DNA from: an uncultured Chloroflexia bacterium
Lineage (GTDB): Bacteria; Chloroflexota; Anaerolineae; B4-G1; SLSP01
Reading direction: 5' to 3'
Length of the DNA: 64,000 nucleotides
NCBI GenBank assembly: GCA_963751345.1
Contig: CAVVUS010000034.1
Span: 26,963-90,962, forward strand
A program made the position numbers and the translations under genes. A model generated the notes under the pieces. The model was given only the letters and a program-made list of their open reading frames with translations. It did not search any database and was not told the DNA's origin. This document shows positions 1-11,695 of the stretch, one piece after another (the first letter of the stretch is position 1; each line of letters begins with the position of its first letter).

Positions 1-1441
1 GACCAGATCGCGTCGCGCCGCCGCCAGGATCTTGTCCATCTCGCGGGAAGTGTCAGGATCGAGGGGAACCGGTTCGTGCTCTCGCAGCAGCCGGTCCTTC
101 ATTTCGGCGCATCGCTCGTCCATCGAGGTCGCACCGTTCTCCACCCAGGTGGACCAATACTCCCGGTCCAGGAGCTGTGGAAACCACAGTTCCCGCCGGA
201 AATGGCGCACGGTATGCATCTGATCCAGGAAGGTAGCATCGTGGGCTACGCTACGGACCACGTCCAGCCCCAGGAGCTCGTCATCGACCTCGAAACCGCG
301 CATCAGGCGCTCGACATAGCCGATGATCTCGTGCTGCATCAGCAGCATCTTGAGCGACGAGGCCTGATCCACGCCCGCGATGCCCAGATGGCCGAAGATG
401 TCGGCCCCCGCCATCGCGCCGCACGCCAGCGTGATCCCGGCCTCCAGCCCGGCCTGCGCATCGGGCAGTTTGGCGTCGGTGAGGCCGACGTTGATGTAGA
501 CCGGAAGGCCGTAGTGCTTGCCCATCTGCGTCATCGCGACCGCCATCAGCGCCTGCTCCGGCCCGGCAAAGATCAATTGCGTCGTCCGCATATCGAAGGC
601 ATGGGGGATCCCGCCGTAACAGACTGCCAGACCGGGCTTGATCAACTGCGTGATGCAGATTCCGGCGAGGATCTCGGCGTTTTCCTGGGCGAGGGTGCCC
701 GCCAACGTCCCCGGCGCCGTCGCGCCGACCTGGGCCATCGGTCCGATGGGCACGGGCAGCGAGAAGCGCGCCGTCTCAAAGAGGAGATCGATGCCATCGT
801 GGGGGAACTTGAGCGGGCTGATGGGCTCCAGGAAAGGATAGGTCAGGGGATAGCGCGCAGCCTCCGCCTCACCGCCGGAGACAAGGGCGAGGATCTCAAG
901 TACATAGCGCGCCGAGGCGCGCCCGCTGAACCAGAAGTGGATCGGCTTGGTAGTGTGTTTGAGCTGCTCTGCAGCCACAGCGACGCACCGGTAGGCCGGC
1001 GGCAGATCCTGCGGATCTGCCATCGCGCCGACCAGGTTGATCCGCGGCAGTGCATCGCCCAGCCGCGTAGCCGTGGCCACGTCCGCCAGCGTCGCATAGC
1101 GCCGCTGCGTACATCGACCCTCCGGGCACGCATCCTCCACCACCCAAGAGGCCTCGCCTGCCACCGAATTGTAGGTACGCTCACCGACACCGTAACGGGC
1201 CTGCTTAGTGCGATCCCGCCCGTAGAGCGTGAAGCGCTTCCCGGCGCCCTCAAGCGCCCACATCACCAGGCGTTCCGGGATGCGTACGATCCCAGCGTCG
1301 TCATCCACGGCGGCGCCGGCCTCCGCGAAGAGTGCCCGCATCTTTGCGTGCGGAATGCGGACGCCCGGCGACTGCAGCAAGCTCAGGGCTGCATCGTGGA
1401 GGCGAGAGATTTGCGATTCGGAGAGTATGCGTCAGTTGCAT
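1..1441 (-). CDS. Trimethylamine methyltransferase (MttB) superfamily protein, non-pyrrolysine type; 3' end runs off the window
   Basis: Not in the ORF track; translated by hand: ILSESQISRLHDAALSLL...GKRFTLYGRD...AQMGKHYGLPVYINVGLTDAKLPDAQAGLE...GADIFGHLG...FLDQMHTVRHFRRELWFPQLLDR. Probable 1-nt indel just after the ATG at 1441. Confidence 0.88.
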
Positions 1442-1456
1442 ATCGATTAGTCCGGA

Positions 1457-1525
1457 AACCTTGCGAAGCTGGCCCGAGTCCTGGCAACTGCCGCCAGGGA
1501 CTCGGGCTTGAACCTTCGCAAGGTT
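1457..1525. repeat. Long intergenic inverted repeat (REP-like hairpin)
   Basis: aaccttgcgaag...gcccgagtcc-tggc / gcca-gggactcgggc...cttcgcaaggtt between the GH38 stop and the MttB start. Confidence 0.7.
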
Positions 1526-4453
1526 AAGGCTCTACCCGCACCGTGACAATCCCGAAAGCCGGCACGCTCACCGTCAGTGTATCGCCCTCCAACCGGAGGC
1601 CGTCGGTATCCAACGGACGCTCCAGCGTATCGACAAGGATGGCGGTCGCGCCGTCGTCCACCAGATCGAGTGCGAGAAGCACCTGCGCCTCTGTGGTTCT
1701 GCCCTCTATCTCAATCAGGCGGAGGATGAAACCCTCGCCGTTCTCGGCTTTCTTGAGCGCAGCCAGGCGCACGTTCTCGGGCTGAACCGAGACCAACGAA
1801 TGCACAGCCGGGAGATCGCCGGGATGGAAGTCTGTGCTCGTCACAACCAACGGGACGTTCAAGTCCTCGCCAACCCGCGTGCTCTCGCCATCGCCCCAGT
1901 CGATGCCATGAGGGACGAGGGCGTACCGGATCACGTGCTCTCCCTGATCGGGCAGTGGATCGGGATCGATGCTGGAGCGCAGCAGCGTCATATTCAGCGA
2001 GCTACCCTCGACGTTGAACCCGTACTTGGAGGTGTTGACCAGGGTCACGCCCTGCCGGTCGCGCTCGGAGAGGTCGACCCAGCGCTGCGCGGGTACCTCC
2101 TCCCCCTGGAAGAGGTCGCGGCGAATGGCGCCGAAGGGTATCTCGTATCGCGCCTCGGGGTTGCTGAGATCGAGCGGGAAACGCACCTTGAGATGCGGGA
2201 TCCCCGCCTCACGGCTCCCGACCTCGCGCCAATCAACGCGGAGCTCGAAATCGACGCGGGGCACCTCTTCACAGAGGCTGATGTCGAGCGCCAGCTTGGT
2301 CTCTCCGAGCGTCCGCGTCCAACGGTAAGTCTGGATGTGGGGACCGGCATTGACCTTGGTGAGCTGACCGCCGTCCAGCAGGTCCTCCCGGCGCACAAAC
2401 TGTCCGATGATCCACGCCGACATGCCCTCATACGCCTCGAGACAGAACTGCAGCACGCCCAGATGCTCGCCCGGAGAGACTAGTTCCCGCTCGTTTCGCT
2501 TGTCCACCAGACTGACGATCGTGCCTGACGCGGGGTCAAGGCGCACGAGGAGGAACTCGTTTTCCATCACGGGCACCGCCGGGTACCGAAGCCTCAGAGC
2601 GCCACCCTCGCCGGCCCACATATCCGGGTCCTCCGGCGCGGGCAGCCCCACCTCCACCCGCCGGTCGGACACGCAGACCGCGCGATATCCCAGGGCAGGG
2701 ACGTCGACCGGGAAAGCTACCTCCAGGAACCGGTGTCCGGCGTACTGGCCCGTGCCCAATACCTGGGCGGGCTGAGGGGTCATGCCCTCACTTGTCGCGA
2801 CAAGCATGGCAGGATCCAGTTCGGTATCCCACAGCTTGACGCGAACCACCTCGGTGCGGACGTGAGGCAGGGGATTGAAGACAACGTAGGCGCGATCGCT
2901 GGTCCGGGTCACACTGAAAGCAGATTCCCCACCCACGGCGGTCGCATTGCCAACGCCGGCGCCCATCGCGATGCCCGATTCCATCTCGTCCTTCTCGACC
3001 CTCAGGGCGTCCCCGCTGAAGAACCCACGACGCAGCGTCTCGGTGTCCATACGCCGGCTCAACGCGCGCAGCGCGTTGGTGCGTGCCATCATCGCCGCGG
3101 CCTGGACGTCCTGGGCGTGGCCCAGCGTGTAATGCCGCGTCGCGCGCACACCGGATCCCGGCAGGATGTCATGGAACTGGTCAAAGAGCAGGTGGCGCCA
3201 CGCTTCCTCCAGGTTGCCGAATGGATAGTCTCACACCGGCCAACTGATCGCCCAGTGTCGCGGCGGCTTCTGCCGCGTACATCAGGTTCTCAGCATGCCG
3301 GTTGGCTTCCTTCTGACGAGCCTGTGATGTGTAGCATCCCTCGAAGACGAAGTTCCGTTCACCGGTGATCTCGGGAAGCCTGATCCCGTCCGGCGAGGAG
3401 TTGCCAACGTTTGCTTCGGCGATCTCGAAGAAGCGCCTCAGCGTTGAGAACTCGATCCGCGGGTAGATCGGCCACGTAGCCATCTCCAGCAGTTTGCGCA
3501 GGTCTTTCCGCGTGGGTCCCCCGCCGTGATCGCCCACGCCGTAGAGCACGGCCATGTGCCGCAGCCCGGTCGACTGCGCAAACTCAACCAAGGGATCCGC
3601 AATGTTTGAGGCGACGGCAACGTGGCGTCGGTCCGCGTCGAAGTGCATATACCACTGGATATCGTTGAAGACCAATAGCCGGGAGCCATCCGGCCCCAGC
3701 CACCAGTAGAGGTGGGGGCCCCGGCTGCCGCGGCAGTGATAGTAGTAGCGCACACCACCGCGCGCCAGAATGGTGGGCAGCGTCGCGGGATGGCCAAACG
3801 TATCGGGCTCGAAATCGATGGGGACGTCCTCCGGCGAGAGGCCAAACACATCCTGGAAATAGGCACGCGTGTAAAGCAGATGCCGGCTGATGCTCTCGCC
3901 GTTGGCCAGGTTCGTGTCGCCCTCGACCCATTGACTTGCGGTCACCTCCCACCGCTCCTCGGCCACCCGCCGGCGGATCTGCTCGAACATCACGGGGTCA
4001 TATTTCTGGATGGCTGCGTAGACGGACGCCTGGCTCTGCGAGAAGATGAAGTCCGGGAACTCTTCCATCAACGCCAGCATCGTCTGGAATGTGTCGTGAG
4101 TCAGGGCCACCGTCTCGGGCCACGACCATTGCCAGTTCATGTCGATATGGGCGTGTCCGATGCAGAGCAGCGTGTAGCTCTTGGCCATTTCGGCCAGCGG
4201 GGCGAGAGATGGCTTCGGCTTCCGCGGTCAGTGCCGCGATATTGGGGGAATTCCCGCGTAGTCCCTCATCCACCAAACTGCCTGCCTTCAGGATGTGAGC
4301 CCGCCAGGTGGCAGCCGCGTCAGGGTACGCAGCGCAGAGACGATTGGCGAAGGCCAGCTCCGCCCGAATCCGCTCCAATCTGCCGGCCGTCCTCCTGGCG
4401 TGCATCGACAGGCTTTCTTCCAGCGTCACGAATTGTGCGTCAAACGAAGCCAT
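1524..4453 (-). CDS. Glycoside hydrolase family 38 alpha-mannosidase (split by about 2 frameshifts)
   Basis: GHAHIDMNWQW, FSQSQA, WVEGDTN, PDTFGH, YGVGDHGGGP and GCYTSQ in 3181..4188; QFHDILPG at the junction; YEIPFG, SKYG and TLLRS in 1524..3149; N-terminus MASFDAQ from ATG 4453. Confidence 0.9.
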
Positions 4454-4461
4454 CGTTCCTC

Positions 4462-5097
4462 CTATTCGTGCTGTTTGTGCGGCGCGCCCATTCGCATCTT
4501 CTGCAAGCAGTCCGGGCAGATGCCGTGGGTGAACTCCGCCTCCGAGTGCTCCACCACGTAGGACTCCAGGCTGACCCATTGGCCCTGCTCGGTCTCAATC
4601 TTGCGTCCACACCAGGCACAGATCGGCAGCAGACCGCGCAGCGTCTTGATTGCGGCAAGCGCTTTCCGAAGCTGATCGTTGCGCTCCGCAAGCTCGTCGT
4701 TTACTTTGCGGAGCGCTACCCAGTCGTCAAAACGCGCCAACGCAATCACCACGGTGCGCCGAAGCTCGTCCGGATCCAATGGCTTGACCAGATACGCAGC
4801 GACGCCCGCGTCCCGCGCTTCACGGAGCAACTCCTGCGAGTCGTGCCCCGTCAGCAACACCACCGGCGTCGGCTGTGACTGCTGGATGAGACGGGCGGCC
4901 TCGATGCCACCCATCTGTGGCATCTCCACGTCCATCAAGACGAGGTCGGGCTGCAGACGTATCGTCTGCGCCACAGCCTGACGACCGTCCTCGGCCTGTC
5001 CCATGACCTCATAGCCCAGCCGGTCCATGATGCGACTCGTGGAGCGTCGGAACAGCTCGTTATCGTCGACGATCAGTACCCGCACCCTATCACCCAT
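4462..5097 (-). CDS. Response regulator: receiver domain, coiled coil and C-terminal Cys/His cluster
   Basis: VLIVDD, DLVLMD, LLTG, YLVKP; tail LLPICAWCGRKI...FTHGICPDC. Confidence 0.85.
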   Translation of the reverse strand: MGDRVRVLIVDDNELFRRSTSRIMDRLGYEVMGQAEDGRQAVAQTIRLQPDLVLMDVEMPQMGGIEAARLIQQSQPTPVVLLTGHDSQELLREARDAGVAAYLVKPLDPDELRRTVVIALARFDDWVALRKVNDELAERNDQLRKALAAIKTLRGLLPICAWCGRKIETEQGQWVSLESYVVEHSEAEFTHGICPDCLQKMRMGAPHKQHE

Positions 5098-5109
5098 TCG
5101 CGATCTCCC

Positions 5110-5857
5110 TCACACCAGGGACACCTCGAGGCCCTGGTCATCCACCACGATATTCACACTCTCCGAAAAGTGCGCCGGGTCTCGAACGTAACTCAGGTAA
5201 TCTGCCAGTTGAGCAGCCGAATTCACGGAGTTGTGCGCCAAGCACAAGGCTCCCAGGGCGCAGCGTATGCTCTCCGGCCTCCAGCATATCAAGGTAGATC
5301 GATTTGCCCGTGCCGTGCGGCCCATCGGCGTCCAGATAGAGCAGATCGATGGTCCTGTCGAAGGTCCGGAGCCACGGCATCGCGTCTTCCCCCAGGATCC
5401 GGACATCCACACCATTGTGATCCAGCGTCGCGACGTTGCGCCGCGCTCGCTCCGCCTCACTCGGGCGAATCTCCAGACCAACAGACAACTCGGCCTGGTA
5501 GCAGCTCCCCGGCCCGATTGCCGCACCGGCGTTGGAGATATAGGTATTCCCGCAGAAGATACCAACCGCCACCATCACCTTCGGACAGGCGATAGCATTG
5601 ATGGCGTAGAGCAAACGTTGCATCCGGGGCGTGATTGCCGTCCAGGGGATCTCGAAACGTTCGCGTACAGCCGCACGATGCGCAGCGAACTTATCTTCGT
5701 CATAGCGACGGTGCGGCAAAATGCCGGAGCTCACGAGGGCATCCAACGCCTGATCGATCACGGCAATCTCATCGTCCACCGGTTCAAGCGGTCGATGGGG
5801 ATCGTACCAGTTCATGACATACCGGGACCAGTCTCGCGTCTCGAATCTATGGGTCAT
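5110..5857 (-). CDS. Class I SAM-dependent (O-)methyltransferase-like protein (frameshift near the C-terminus)
   Basis: VAVGIFCGNT, GLEI..SEAERARRN, GEDA, IDLLYLDAD, LRPGSLV(L)AHNS. Confidence 0.7.
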
Positions 5858-5892
5858 TGGCAACTCGCAGTGGGTAAGATAGCACGCCGGAC

Positions 5893-7179
5893 CTAGAGTC
5901 CGAGCCGGAAGAAGGCATTGGCGTTCCCGAACAGCCAGGCGTGAGCGACTTCCTTGGCATCGTCGAGCCCCAGGTACTCCAAATCGACCAGGTCTGAGAG
6001 CGCAATGGCGATGTTGTCGCGCGCAATCTGAACGTGTGCCCAGGCGCGATCCACACTTCCACCGAAGTCGGAGCCGTAACCGTGGATCTTGCCGTGCGGC
6101 ACGCTGCTCAACGCTTGCTTGAAGAGATTCTGGCAGTAGATGGGATCAATGATATTGGCCCAGCAGAAATCCAGTGAGACGTTGGGGTAGTTCTTGGCCA
6201 AATACAACCATTCGCCGCTGTAGGGCCAGTTCGCATGGAAGAGGTCAAAGCGGACCTCTCTGTGCAACTCGATGACCTTGGTCAGGCCGATGGCGTTGGT
6301 TTTCACGATGTCGTTGCGGATGCCGGCCATGTGCCCGGTGTGGATCTGAACCGGCAGGTCCATATCCTGAGCCATTCGCAGGAACTCGTGGAAGAGGAAG
6401 TCATCGAGCGGGCGAATCCCGTCGGGGTAGCTCGCGCGCCGTCGGGGGTCCTCCATGAACCAGTTGAACACGGCCTCGGCCTCGGCCCGTGTGGGATTGC
6501 CATAGTCGAGGGTACGGCTATAGGCGGATTGATCCTTGAAGGCCACGGCGCCCAGCGCCTTGTAAGCCTCGAAGATCTCGCGACAAGCAGCCAAGTATTC
6601 GTCGAGGGAGGTCACCGTGCGTCCCAGCGACCCGACGTGCCGTTGCACGTCGTCATAGCTGGAGATGGCGTGATAACCCGGGAGGGAGACAGCCAGGAAT
6701 CCCCGAGGGCTCACCTCGAAAGTGCCGTCCACGATCTTCTTGATATCGGGCCACACATCGAGCACCCGTCCGGCAATCTTCGCCTCGTCCAGAATGCCCA
6801 CGAAGGTCGCCCGATCCGTGAGATCGAGCAGCCTGTCCTGCATGCGGATCAACGCGTCCAGGGTCAGTGACGCCTCGCCATAGAACCTCTTGAGCACACG
6901 CCGTGTGACCTGCGCGTAGCCTGTATGAGACGTGCGCTTCCATGCGCGTTCCAGCACCGGCCAGCGCTCCTCCAGCGACCGTGAGGTGTCCTCCAGGAAA
7001 GCAATGTCCGCGTCTGACGATGCGCTGTGGATGTCGCTGTGGAAATAGCCCGATATCACGACCTTGATGGGGTCCTCATACTTCGGGCCGCACGTCCCCG
7101 TGTGATCGTGACAATCGACAACCGCCAGCGACTCACAGTAAGCCCGTAGCTCGTCGTAGTACTTCGATGTTCCCCGCAT
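5893..7179 (-). CDS. Amidohydrolase_2 family metal-dependent hydrolase
   Basis: VDCHDH, VQIHTG, FDLFHANWPY, YPNVSLD, GYGSD, LFGNANAFF. Confidence 0.85.
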   Translation of the reverse strand: MRGTSKYYDELRAYCESLAVVDCHDHTGTCGPKYEDPIKVVISGYFHSDIHSASSDADIAFLEDTSRSLEERWPVLERAWKRTSHTGYAQVTRRVLKRFYGEASLTLDALIRMQDRLLDLTDRATFVGILDEAKIAGRVLDVWPDIKKIVDGTFEVSPRGFLAVSLPGYHAISSYDDVQRHVGSLGRTVTSLDEYLAACREIFEAYKALGAVAFKDQSAYSRTLDYGNPTRAEAEAVFNWFMEDPRRRASYPDGIRPLDDFLFHEFLRMAQDMDLPVQIHTGHMAGIRNDIVKTNAIGLTKVIELHREVRFDLFHANWPYSGEWLYLAKNYPNVSLDFCWANIIDPIYCQNLFKQALSSVPHGKIHGYGSDFGGSVDRAWAHVQIARDNIAIALSDLVDLEYLGLDDAKEVAHAWLFGNANAFFRLGL

Positions 7180-7283
7180 GGATGTGTGCCTCCTGTCAAA
7201 GTGAAGCGAAGCGTAAAGGGATCAGTCGATAAGGGGCAAGGAGGAACCCTCTCAGGCTCCAGGTCTTATCCCTGATTGCCTTA

Positions 7284-8054
7284 TCACGCTGTCCCCATGA
7301 GCCCACGTAGATACGCGATAGCATCCGGTGCCACGACCTCGTACTCGTATTTGTAGAGATCGAGTGAGAGCGGGCCACGGTAGCCTACGCCGTCCAGCGC
7401 CTGGAGATACGCTCGCAGGTCCATATCGCCGTCTTGGGGTACCAGGTGATCGTGGACGCCCCTGGCCATGTTCTCAACATGACAATGGACGATTCTATCA
7501 CCGATAGCCCTGATTGCCGCCATAGGGTCGGGATCGCACAGAAAGGTATGGCCCAGGTCCAGGTTGGCCGCGAGCGCAGGAGAGGCCACCTCCGCGAAGA
7601 GCCGCAGCAGATCGGCCGTGGTACCCACGACAAAGTTCGGTTCGAACTCCTCGGCGAGGATAACGTCGTTGGACTCGGCGACATCGGCCAGCTCCCGCGT
7701 GCGCTCGACCATGCGCGACCACTCCCGCTCGTCGCCGGTGCGTTTGGCGGGCCCGGAGAAGACGAAAAGGTCGGTGCCAAACTCAGGTGTCATCTGAATC
7801 GCGTCTTTCGTCATCTCGAAATAGGCATCGCTGTACACATAGTCTTTGTGATAGCTGATCGAGTAAGGCGCGAGTCCCAGCGCAATCACGCGGTCACGCA
7901 CGGCCCGGATCTTTTCCGGTGCGAGTTCATCCGGCGCCATATCGTCGTTCTCCAGGCAGATCTCGACGCCGTCAAAGCCCAGGCTCTTCAGAATCTCCAG
8001 ACTGCGAAGCACAGGATAGTCGGCCAGGGGTTGAGTACGTCCCAGGATTTTCAT
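7284..8054 (-). CDS. Sugar phosphate isomerase/epimerase (xylose-isomerase-like TIM barrel)
   Basis: LGFDGVEI, LAEEFEP, NLDLGH, VHCHVEN, HLVPQDGDMD, GYRGPLSLD. Confidence 0.85.
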   Translation of the reverse strand: MKILGRTQPLADYPVLRSLEILKSLGFDGVEICLENDDMAPDELAPEKIRAVRDRVIALGLAPYSISYHKDYVYSDAYFEMTKDAIQMTPEFGTDLFVFSGPAKRTGDEREWSRMVERTRELADVAESNDVILAEEFEPNFVVGTTADLLRLFAEVASPALAANLDLGHTFLCDPDPMAAIRAIGDRIVHCHVENMARGVHDHLVPQDGDMDLRAYLQALDGVGYRGPLSLDLYKYEYEVVAPDAIAYLRGLMGTA

Positions 8055-9295
8055 CGACAACACCTCCTTTTATGCCACAGAAATTCACACGCGGCCACCA
8101 GGGCGTCGTCATCGCCGAAGCCGCCCGCCTTCGTGACGACGGGGATGCCGTCTGCAACACCCCCGACGAGATAGCCCCAGGGAATGCCGGGGCACACCTC
8201 GTCCTGGAGGCGCAGCGCATGTGCCCCCAGGCACCGCCCCACCGCAATCGCAACGTCGCCGCCGGTCAGCACCAGACCTGCCGGCCTGGCCCGATCCAGC
8301 AGCGTTCTCGTAGCCTCGGCCAGGCGCTCGGCCACCAGCTTGGCTTGGCCGGGGAGATCCGGCAGCCCCTGTGTGGTCAGTATCAGGGAGCCCGAGGCAA
8401 GCTGCCGGCCCCAGCCCGCGACGGCATCGCCGGCGAGACCATCGGCATCGAAATACCAGGCCACATCCGGGGCTATCACCGATATGCCCGAGGCGCCGGC
8501 AACCTCTACCTGGCGCAGGGTCTGCGGATGCCGGCTGGCCGCGACGGCCAGAACGTGGTCGCCCTGCCATCGAGAAGACTGAGACGGCGCTACGGAAGAG
8601 AGTCCGAGCCTCTCCGGCGACAGCATCCGTGTGAGCGCGCCGGACAAGCCTGCGGATCCGCAGAAAAGGCGAATGCCGCTGCGGATCGCGCCCTCGGCAA
8701 CCGCCTCCAGATCGGCGTCGGTCTCCGCATCTGCCACCACGACACCGCCCAGCGCACGCATCCGGGCCGCAACAGCCTGAGCGCCCTGCCGTACGACGGA
8801 CAGCGGGAGCGGGGAGAGGACCGACGCCGGGATCCCTTCGGCGAAGCGCGCGACGACATCGGACGTGAGGACCTCGCGCCCAAATGGCGAATCTGCCAAC
8901 GGAACGCCGTGAACGTAATGCCGTCCGGCGACCGTCACCCGCCCCTGCGCCGGGTACGCGGGAGCCACCAGGGCGCGGGTCACGTCCAGGCCCTCCATCA
9001 CGGTGGCCAACTCCAGACCCGGATAGCCCCGAAGGGTCGAATCGACCTTCTTGACCACCCAGGGCCTTTCCCCATCAGACGTTGAGACCACGATCCGGCG
9101 CACAATGTCCCGCACACGCATGACCGCTGCGTCCGGCGGCACGTGGCGACTCTCACTGGAGAAAACCAACACCTGAGCATCGGGGAGGTCATCGCCATCC
9201 CAGACCACCAGCGTGACCAGCCCGCGCGCAGCAAAGGCCACACCGCTGTCTGCTGCCCCTGTCAAATCATCGGCAATGACGACGACAGATGTCAC
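8051..9295 (-). CDS. Four-carbon acid sugar kinase (DUF1537, DtnK/OtnK family)
   Basis: VIADDLTGAADSG, KKVDSTLRG, APAYPAQGR, GSAGL, LTGGDVA, VTKAGGFG; GTG start overlaps the pdxA stop (GTGA). Confidence 0.92.
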   Translation of the reverse strand: MTSVVVIADDLTGAADSGVAFAARGLVTLVVWDGDDLPDAQVLVFSSESRHVPPDAAVMRVRDIVRRIVVSTSDGERPWVVKKVDSTLRGYPGLELATVMEGLDVTRALVAPAYPAQGRVTVAGRHYVHGVPLADSPFGREVLTSDVVARFAEGIPASVLSPLPLSVVRQGAQAVAARMRALGGVVVADAETDADLEAVAEGAIRSGIRLFCGSAGLSGALTRMLSPERLGLSSVAPSQSSRWQGDHVLAVAASRHPQTLRQVEVAGASGISVIAPDVAWYFDADGLAGDAVAGWGRQLASGSLILTTQGLPDLPGQAKLVAERLAEATRTLLDRARPAGLVLTGGDVAIAVGRCLGAHALRLQDEVCPGIPWGYLVGGVADGIPVVTKAGGFGDDDALVAACEFLWHKRRCCR

Positions 9296-10322
9296 TGAGC
9301 CGCCACCATCTGCAGCGCTACGTCGATGGCGGCGAGGAGGCTGGTCTCCCGGGCCTTGCCGGTTCCCGCAATGTCGAAGGCGGTGCCATGATCGACGGAG
9401 GTCCGGATGATCGGGAGCCCCAAGCTCACGTTGACCCCCTCGTCGAAGGCCAACAGCTTCATCGGGATATGGCCCTGATCGTGGTACATCGCCACGACGA
9501 TGTCGTAGGCACCCTGGGTGGCCCGGAGGAAGACCGTATCGGGTGGCTGTGGATCGGAGACGTCTAGACCGCGGGCGCGGGCAGCGACCACCGCCGGCAT
9601 GATCTCGCGCGATTCCTGGTCGCCAAAGAGACCGCCTTCCCCGGCATGGGGATTGAGCCCCGCCACCGCGATCCTCGGCGCTTGAATGCCCAGAGCACGG
9701 CACCCACGGTAGGCCAGGTCGATGACCTCGGAGACGCGATCTTGTCGCACACGCCGGATCGCCTCCTCCAGCGCCACATGGGTGCTGACGTGAACCACGC
9801 GGAGGCGCGGCCCCGTCAGCAACATGGTGACCTTACCGGCGCCGGTGCGCTCCGTGAGGAGTTCGGTGTGGCCGGCATAGGCAAAGCCGGCCTGGTTCAT
9901 CGCGTCCTTGTTGAGCGGGGCCGTCACCATGGCCGCGGCGTCCCCTCGCCATGCAGAGATCACACGCTCGCTGAACGTATTCCACCGCCGCGCGTCCGCT
10001 GGGTGCACTTACCTCTCCTACCGGCGCACAGATCGGGATCGGCGTTGTGCAGGTCAAGCAGTGGGAGCTCACCGTGAACGGCCTCGACCTCACCGCCCGC
10101 CGTCACCGCCGCGATCTCCAGGCGCGGAACGCCTTCCCAGCGCATCGCCCGCTCCAGGATCCGTCCGTCGCCAACGACCAGAGGGCGACAGCGCCGGATC
10201 ACTTCCTCGTGTGCCAGGGTCTTGATAACGATCTCGGGGCCGATCCCTGCCGGATCGCCCATCGTGATGGCCAGCACCGGGCGTCCGGCTTTGGCTTGTA
10301 ATGCTTCTCGCTCACAATCCAC
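9292..10322 (-). CDS. pdxA: PdxA-family dehydrogenase, probably PdxA2 (4-phospho-threonate/erythronate dehydrogenase); frameshifted
   Basis: ITMGDPAGIGPE, VTAPLNK, GHTE, GLNPHAGE, AMYHDQGHIP, RTSVDHGTAFDIAG; adjacent to the DUF1537 kinase. Confidence 0.92.
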
Positions 10323-11557
10323 GGGCCAACTCCTCTACACCGTGCATGACGCCGGCAGCGATACGTCTGCCGATCTCGCGATAGTCAGCCTGGGTCAGCA
10401 CGTGCTTTCCGACCAAGGCATACGGGGTCTCGAAGGTGATGCTGGGCACACCCAACTGCGACCAGAGATAGTCGCGATACATAGGCGTCTCCCAGCGCGA
10501 AGGGTAATGCGCAACACGTGCGAACGGCTCCGCAGCATAGCGCACCGATTCGCCTCATCCGATCTCCTTCTTGCCCCTCCGGGGGACCGGGGAGGGGATG
10601 AGCCAGCGCCTCGCCGGTCCAGTCAGCCCAACGGTGCATCACCTCGTGCGCGCCGCGGGCAACATCAGGATCGGGTACGTAAGCAAAGACCCCGCCGGTC
10701 TCGGTAGCGCCCGGCGCGTGGAAATCGATGGCCACCACGGTATTGCATCTCGAACGCCACCGCCAGATGTCGCGTTGAAAGACCGAGATTTCGTGACGCA
10801 TCGGCGGCCTCCCCCACGCGCGGTTGAGATCATAGGGAAAGTTGTCCTTGCCGTAGTCGCCCCCCTCTACACCGTCGATGTTGGCCAGCGGCACGGCCCA
10901 GATCAGGGGCGCCCCGGCACCAAGCGTCGCCATATGGCGCAGAAAGCCATCCAGAACCCACGATCCCGGCGTCTCACCGGAGTGCTGGCGCGCCATTAGG
11001 TAGAGGCCGGGGCGGTCACCACCCTCCCGGCCATAGCCATTGCTCAAGCGGAGCAGCGGGCGGGCCGCCTGACTGACGCCGATGGTGTCGATTCGCCACG
11101 CATCGCCCATCTCAGCCGCCAGTGCGTGAACCTCCTCGACCCCATACGGATAACAGTACGCCACGTCAAAGTGCCGTACCGGCACCTCGACGTGCCAACC
11201 GACCTCGATCCGACCGTCGGGCTGTGGCAGCCGCTGGCCCTCCGGCAAACGGCTCCACTCCCCATCGTCATAGCGTATGACCGGACGGATCGCCAGTGGG
11301 TCCTGCCCACCCAGCATATTGTAGCTATGCTTGAGCACCAGCCGTACTGCCCTTAGATTCCCTGTCGACGTCTCCCCCTGCGGGGCATCTCCGGTCGTAG
11401 CTTCGCCAACGCGTCGCAGCCGGAAACAGAACCAGAGGGTCTCGGGGCCTCCGTGTGGATCGGGGGAAAAGCTGACCTCCAGTGTGTTGCCGCTGACATT
11501 GAGGGATATGTCACATGCATTGCCGTACGGAATACGGGTGTCAACCTCGAACCACAT
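10312..11557 (-). CDS. M14 zinc carboxypeptidase, cytosolic (Nna1/CCP-like); frameshift near the C-terminus
   Basis: WFCFR, AYCYPY, ARQHSGE, PLANIDG, DLNRAW, IDFH; C-terminal SITFETPY in 10312..10545. Confidence 0.8.
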
Positions 11558-11667
11558 ACACTCCTCCCATCAACCATCGGCAGCCTGTTCGTATTGTATC
11601 ATCAGCACACACACCGTACAAAGCCCGGCTCCATCATCGTATAGGCCACAGATTCAATGGGATCGGA

Positions 11668-11695
11668 TTGAACCGTAAGCAAAGCCAAGTACAAT
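11668..11695 (+). promoter_or_regulatory. Putative sigma-70 promoter for the ABC importer
   Basis: TTGAAC-N16-TACAAT. Confidence 0.5.

Noticed and set aside
76-1527. 483-aa plus-strand ORF
   Set aside because: Antisense shadow of the MttB gene; no recognisable motifs.
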